Positions 59,834 through 64,000 of a stretch of 64,000 nucleotides of DNA are shown in pieces. Position 1 is the first letter of the stretch. Each line of letters opens with the position of its first letter. Origin of the DNA: Candidatus Marinacidobacterales bacterium (GTDB lineage: Bacteria > Acidobacteriota > Vicinamibacteria > Marinacidobacterales > SMYC01); contig OZ250169.1 in NCBI GenBank assembly GCA_965237955.1, positions 1,952,001-2,016,000 of the forward strand, written 5' to 3'. Below the pieces are notes generated by a model. It was not told where the DNA came from, did not search any database, and saw only the letters and a list, made by a program, of their open reading frames with translations. A program made the translations under genes and the position numbers.

Positions 59834-60046
59834 GTGAAGCCGAACGCGCAACCCCCTTGGGGCGGGTCCGTGAAGCGGCCGGGTCAGGATGGGTCAGGGG
59901 TGGGAAGCAGCTCGCTGACCTCGATATCACCACGTCTGGCCACTCCTCGGGAGCGACACGGTCCCCGGAGCGGTAGGTGGCACGTTCTCGATAGACGCCT
60001 TCGTGGGGAGAGCGAAAGACCACGAGCTCCCGATCGACGAGGTTGG

Positions 60047-62131
60047 GGGACGGCGGCGTACATGTCGCCGCAGCAAGCGCGTGGCAAGACCGTCGACAAG
60101 CGCTGCGACGTCCGGGCCTTCGGCGTCGCGCTCTACGAAATGTTGACGGGGCGGCGGGCGTTCGACGGCAATGATGCTTCGGAGATTCTCGCCGGTGTCA
60201 ACAAGTCCGAGCCGTCGTGGGAGCGATTGCCCGAGGACGCGCCGCCGACGCTGAAGCCGCTCCTGCAATGCTGCCTCGCGAAAGATCCGAAAGAGCGGGT
60301 ACGCGACATCGGCGATGTAAGGCTTGCGCTAGACGGCGCCTTCGAGGCTGAGACGAGGCACCCAATCCTTTCGCGAACGCGAACCTTGGTGCCGTGGGCC
60401 ATCGCCGGGATCGCGTTCTTGATGGCGATCGTTTCCATCGGCACCCGAGACCCCGTGTCCCCGAACTACGAGCCTACCCGATTTGCGGTTTCCATCGACG
60501 GCGAACTGCCTCCGCGGAATGGAACGCTCGTCGCGATCTCTCCCGACGGGCGCGACCTGGTCTACGTGGCCGTTACCGAAGAGGGAGACCAGCTCTACCA
60601 TCGCTCCATGAACCGTCTCGAAGCCGTCGCGCTTCCCGGTACCGAGGAAGCGCGTGCTCCGTTTTTCTCTCCGGATGGTCAGTGGGTCGCCTTCAGCTCC
60701 GGCGACCAGCGCATGAAAAAGGTTTCGCTTTCCGGAGGGCCGCCGCCGACGATCTGCGACTGCGATCCATCCGTCGACGGTGCCTGGGGCCCGGACGGGA
60801 CGATCGTGTTCGCGGACAACGCCAGTAGAGTGTTGGTGCGGGTCTCGTCGCACGGTGGTATTCTCGAGCCCATCACGACGCTCGCGGAAGGGGAGGTGGT
60901 CGACGAGCCTGCGTTCGTTCCAAACGGCGAAGCGGTGCTCTTCACGTTGTGGTCGAGATCACTGGACGACGCTCGACTCGCTGTGGTGTCGCTCTCCACG
61001 GGAGAACGGCGGCTTTTGGGGGACGGTTTTTTCCCCCGCTTCGCCCCGACGGGTCACTTGATCTATGGACAGGCAGGCGCCGTCTGGGCGGTTGCTTTCG
61101 ATGCCGATCGGCTCGAGATGACGGGGGACCCTGTCCAGGTGCTGGAGGGCGTCCGCATCGAGGCCGGGGGCTCCGTGCAGTTCGCCCTTGCTGAGAACGG
61201 CGCCGCTGTTTATATCGCCGGTGGGCTGATTCGTGCCGAGCGCACGCTGGTGTGGGTCGATCGCAAGGGCCGCGAAGAGCCCTTGCAAGTTCCTCGACGC
61301 GCTTACCATTCGGTCTCGATCTCACCGGACGGAACAAGGATCGCACTCGAGGTGCTGGGCTCGGGCCTCGAGGACTTGTGGCTGTATGACGTGCGCGGGC
61401 AGAGGGCGACCCAGTTGACATTCGACCCGGCTAACGACGTCTCGCCGGTTTGGACGCCGGACGGGCAGCACGTGCTTTTCGGGTCCAAGCGGGGAGGCCC
61501 CTATGCGCTGTACTCGAAACGCGCCGACGGAACGGGTCAGCCAGAGCAGCTCGTTTCGTTCGAAGGCAAGCCCCGACTCTGGTCAATCGCGCCCGACGGA
61601 CGGACGTTGGCGTACGTCGAGTCGACCCCGGAGACCGGTTGGGACCTTCACAGTGTGGCGTTAGAAGGCGAGCCTGTGCTGCAGCCGCTTCTTGCCGGCG
61701 ATTTCCAGGAGACCAACCCTCAAATCTCCCCCGACGGTCGTTGGTTGGCTTATGCCTCAGATGAGTCGGGCCAAAGAGAGATCTACGTCAGCCCGTTTCC
61801 CAACGCGGCCGAAGGAAAATGGCGCGTCTCGCGAGATGGTGGAACGGAGCCCTTGTGGGCCGAGGATGGCCGCGAGCTCTTCTATCGGAATGGATCGGCC
61901 GTGTTTGCGGTCTCGGTCGACACCAGCTCCGCTTTTGCCTCGGGAGAACCGCAGCTGCTGTTCACCGGCCCGTACTATCGAACCGCACTTAATCGCGGCC
62001 ACACGTATGATGCTATGCCGGACGGTCAGAAGTTCGTCATGATCCGCGAGAGCGAGACGGACGCCGCCCGAAGCGAGATCATCGTGATCCAGAACTGGCT
62101 CGAAGAGCTCGAACGCCTCGTCCCCAACTGA
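60047..62131 (+). pseudogene. 5'-truncated Ser/Thr protein kinase fused to TolB/PD40-like beta-propeller repeats
   Basis: Begins at kinase subdomain VIII (GTAAYMSP), with no Gly loop, VAIK, HRD or DFG; TM helix, then many SPDG repeats and a QNWLEEL C-terminus. Confidence 0.85.
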
Positions 62132-62241
62132 CGCCGCCATGCAGGCCGGATAGCGGGAAGCGGATAGCTGACAACAGCCGAATACCGATCTGGCGGATGG
62201 CGCAGTCTGGTGCTATCCGGTCTCGGCTGGAAACCCTGAAT

Positions 62242-62449
62242 AACAGGGAATTAACAGGGAATAAGTGCCATTTTTGTGCTGATTGGGCCGTTTTCCCACG
62301 TGATAACCCTCCAGATTTCATATGGTTAGCAGGCAATTCCCTGTTCCGGAAGAACAGGAAATTTGAATGTGATTGAACAGGGAATTTGGAGATGGCGATC
62401 AGGGAATCACTCCTGGAAGAACAGGGAATTGAGATGATCGAACAGGGAA
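62242..62449. repeat. Array of AACAGGGAA 9-mers, partly helically phased
   Basis: Copies at 62242, 62253, 62337 (reverse), 62353, 62376, 62398, 62420 and 62441; the 62353 and 62398 copies have one mismatch. Confidence 0.85.
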
Positions 62450-62788
62450 GTGTCACGAGCAGCACGTGACAGGTTCCATTCGAGCACACGAGCGGCGCCT
62501 CATACTCTAGCGCGAGCAGCCGGAAGTAGTTTCTCATCCAGGGTGATGTTCCGGAAGGCGTCGTCGCTAAGCTGCTGATTTATGGTCTATTTCAAAAGGG
62601 CCGAGTTTTGGCACAGGACGCGATGACGCTGCCAGCTTGTCGACCTCACGAATGAACTCCACGTAGAGCGTTGACAAGTAGCTCCCACGCAGAGGTCTTT
62701 TCACCATTTAGTTTCATGTTGTTTGGTGTGAGAACAACGTTCTGTGGGGAGGAGAGAGTGAACCGCCCCGGGTTTTCCGGAGACTGTT

Positions 62789-63706
62789 TTAGTTGAGTCT
62801 CGCCATCTCTAGCGAGCCTTCCTGCGACCGATAGTAGTTCATCTCGTACTCGACGGGGGAGACATTTCCGATCGGCTCCAAGAGTCGTTGCGTGTTGTAC
62901 CAATGGACCTACTCGAGGGTGGCGAACTCAACGTCTTCGAGACCACGCCAGGGCCCACGTCGACGGATCACCTCGGTCTTGTAGAGGCCGATGATGGATT
63001 CAGCCAAAGCGTTATCGTAAGAGTCGCCTCGGCTGCCGACGGACGGCTCAATGCCCGCCTCGGCGAGCCGCTCGGTGTAACGGATCGAGACGTACTGCAC
63101 GCCGCGATCGCTGTGATGCACCAATTGATCTTCTGGGTTTAGTCGGCGCTCGTGCAGCGCCTGCTCCAACGCATCGAGAGCGATGCCGGCAGTCAACGAT
63201 GTCGTCGCTCGCCAACCGACGCTGAGTCGAGCGAAGACGTCGATGACGAAGGCGACATACACGAAGCCGCGCCACGTGGCGATGTAGGTCAGGTCCGAAA
63301 CCCAGAGCTCGTTCGGGCGTGTGGCGTTGAAGTCGCCCTCCACGAGGTCCATCGGGCGAGCGCCGCTCGAATCCGGCTTCGTCGTCTTGAATCGACGTCC
63401 ACGGACCGCGCCCTGGAGACCCATTTCACGCATCAGACGGGCCACCGTGCATCGAGCCACGTCGCGGCCCTCACGGCACAGCTGACGCCAGACCTTGCGC
63501 ACGCCATACACGTCAAAGTTCTCTTGCCGTACACGACGAATCTCGCCGCGGAGTTGGACGTCGCGCTTCGCTCTCGCTGGCAGGCGGCTTGGGTCCTTCT
63601 CTCGCGCTTTCTGCTCGTAATAGGTCGACGGGGCGATCGGAAGCATCCGGCAGATCGGCGCGTCCCCGTAATTTTCACGGTTCGCGTCCACGAACAACAC
63701 ATTCAC
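62789..63706 (-). pseudogene. IS3 transposase OrfB with a premature TAG
   Basis: YGVRKVW, WVSDLTY, HHSDRGVQY, SYDNALAES; FATLE*VHWYN has TAG at 62909-62911 where Trp is expected, and the frame continues to TAA at 62789. Confidence 0.88.
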
Positions 63707-63999
63707 CTCGGTCGGCGGTCGAGCTCCGCCTGGGCGAAAAACGCCGACGCCTTGCGAAGGATCTCGTTCGCCCGCTTTAGCTCACGGTTCTCTCGCTCAA
63801 GCTCCTTCAGCCGCTGACGCTCGTCCGTCGTCAGTCCCGCTCGTTTCCCAGCATCACGCTCTGCTCGCCGCACCCACGTGCGTAGCGTTTCCCGCGTACA
63901 GTCAATCTTCGACGCAATCGATGAGATCGCTGACCACTGAGATTCGTGCTGAGCCTGCTGGTCGAAAACCATCCGCACTGCGCGCTCTTTTACCTCCGG
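63703..63999 (-). CDS. IS3 transposase OrfA (start outside the window)
   Basis: [11 protein letters not shown]...ETLRTWVR...[29 protein letters not shown]. Confidence 0.9.
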   Translation of the reverse strand, partial: PEVKERAVRMVFDQQAQHESQWSAISSIASKIDCTRETLRTWVRRAERDAGKRAGLTTDERQRLKELERENRELKRANEILRKASAFFAQAELDRRPR

Positions 64000-64000
64000 T

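Larger units (their letters stand above)
62759..64000 (-). mobile_element. IS3 family (IS51/IS6110-like) element, running off the window
   Basis: IR TGAACCGCCCCGGGTTTTCCGGAGAC and overlapping orfA/orfB. Confidence 0.93.

Noticed and set aside
59834-60046. 5' part of the 765-aa ORF as a genuine kinase N-terminus
   Set aside because: It has no kinase N-lobe motifs and appears to be unrelated sequence joined in frame to the truncated gene.
62242-62449. CRISPR array
   Set aside because: Repeats are only 9 bp with about 13-bp spacers, and no cas genes are present.

Overview
High-GC bacterial chromosomal window, probably from Acidobacteriota (Vicinamibacteria-like). That placement is an inference from gene content: futalosine pathway, Ser/Thr kinase-beta-propeller fusion, carboxypeptidase-domain/TPR proteins and DUF4388. 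Most of the window is housekeeping: grpE; glyA-yoaA/dinG-PTPS-yggS-divIVA; the long minus-strand cluster tilS-hpt-ftsH-folP-cdaA-cdaR-glmM-pdxJ-lepB; gpsA; futalosine menaquinone genes (mqnP/ubiA-ubiX-mqnE-mqnA-mqnC); yebC-ruvC-ruvA-(MutS-like)-ruvB-queA; gmhA; eno; a PDZ/GAF/PAS histidine kinase with a sigma54 regulator; hemE-hemY; tRNA-Gln(CTG) and tRNA-Ser(GCT); and a MEMO1-family gene. Three mobile or decay hotspots interrupt it: 33.9-38.5 kb (HNH relic, ISL3, IS481), 41.4-43.6 kb (ridA broken by IS1595, itself broken by IS5) and 57.9-64 kb (toxin-antitoxin relics, HNH gene, truncated kinase, phased AACAGGGAA array, IS3). The most notable observations are: two HNH genes each carrying its own repeated perfect palindrome; dispersed hairpin elements tipped with heptamer tandem repeats; catalytically degenerate PdxJ and Hpt homologues in one conserved cluster; an orphan SbnI-like serine kinase; an ExxHGH (PTPS-III-type) pterin enzyme; and a duplicated hairpin module in the ISL3 leader. 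All calls come from reading the sequence and recalled motifs; no database search was run.
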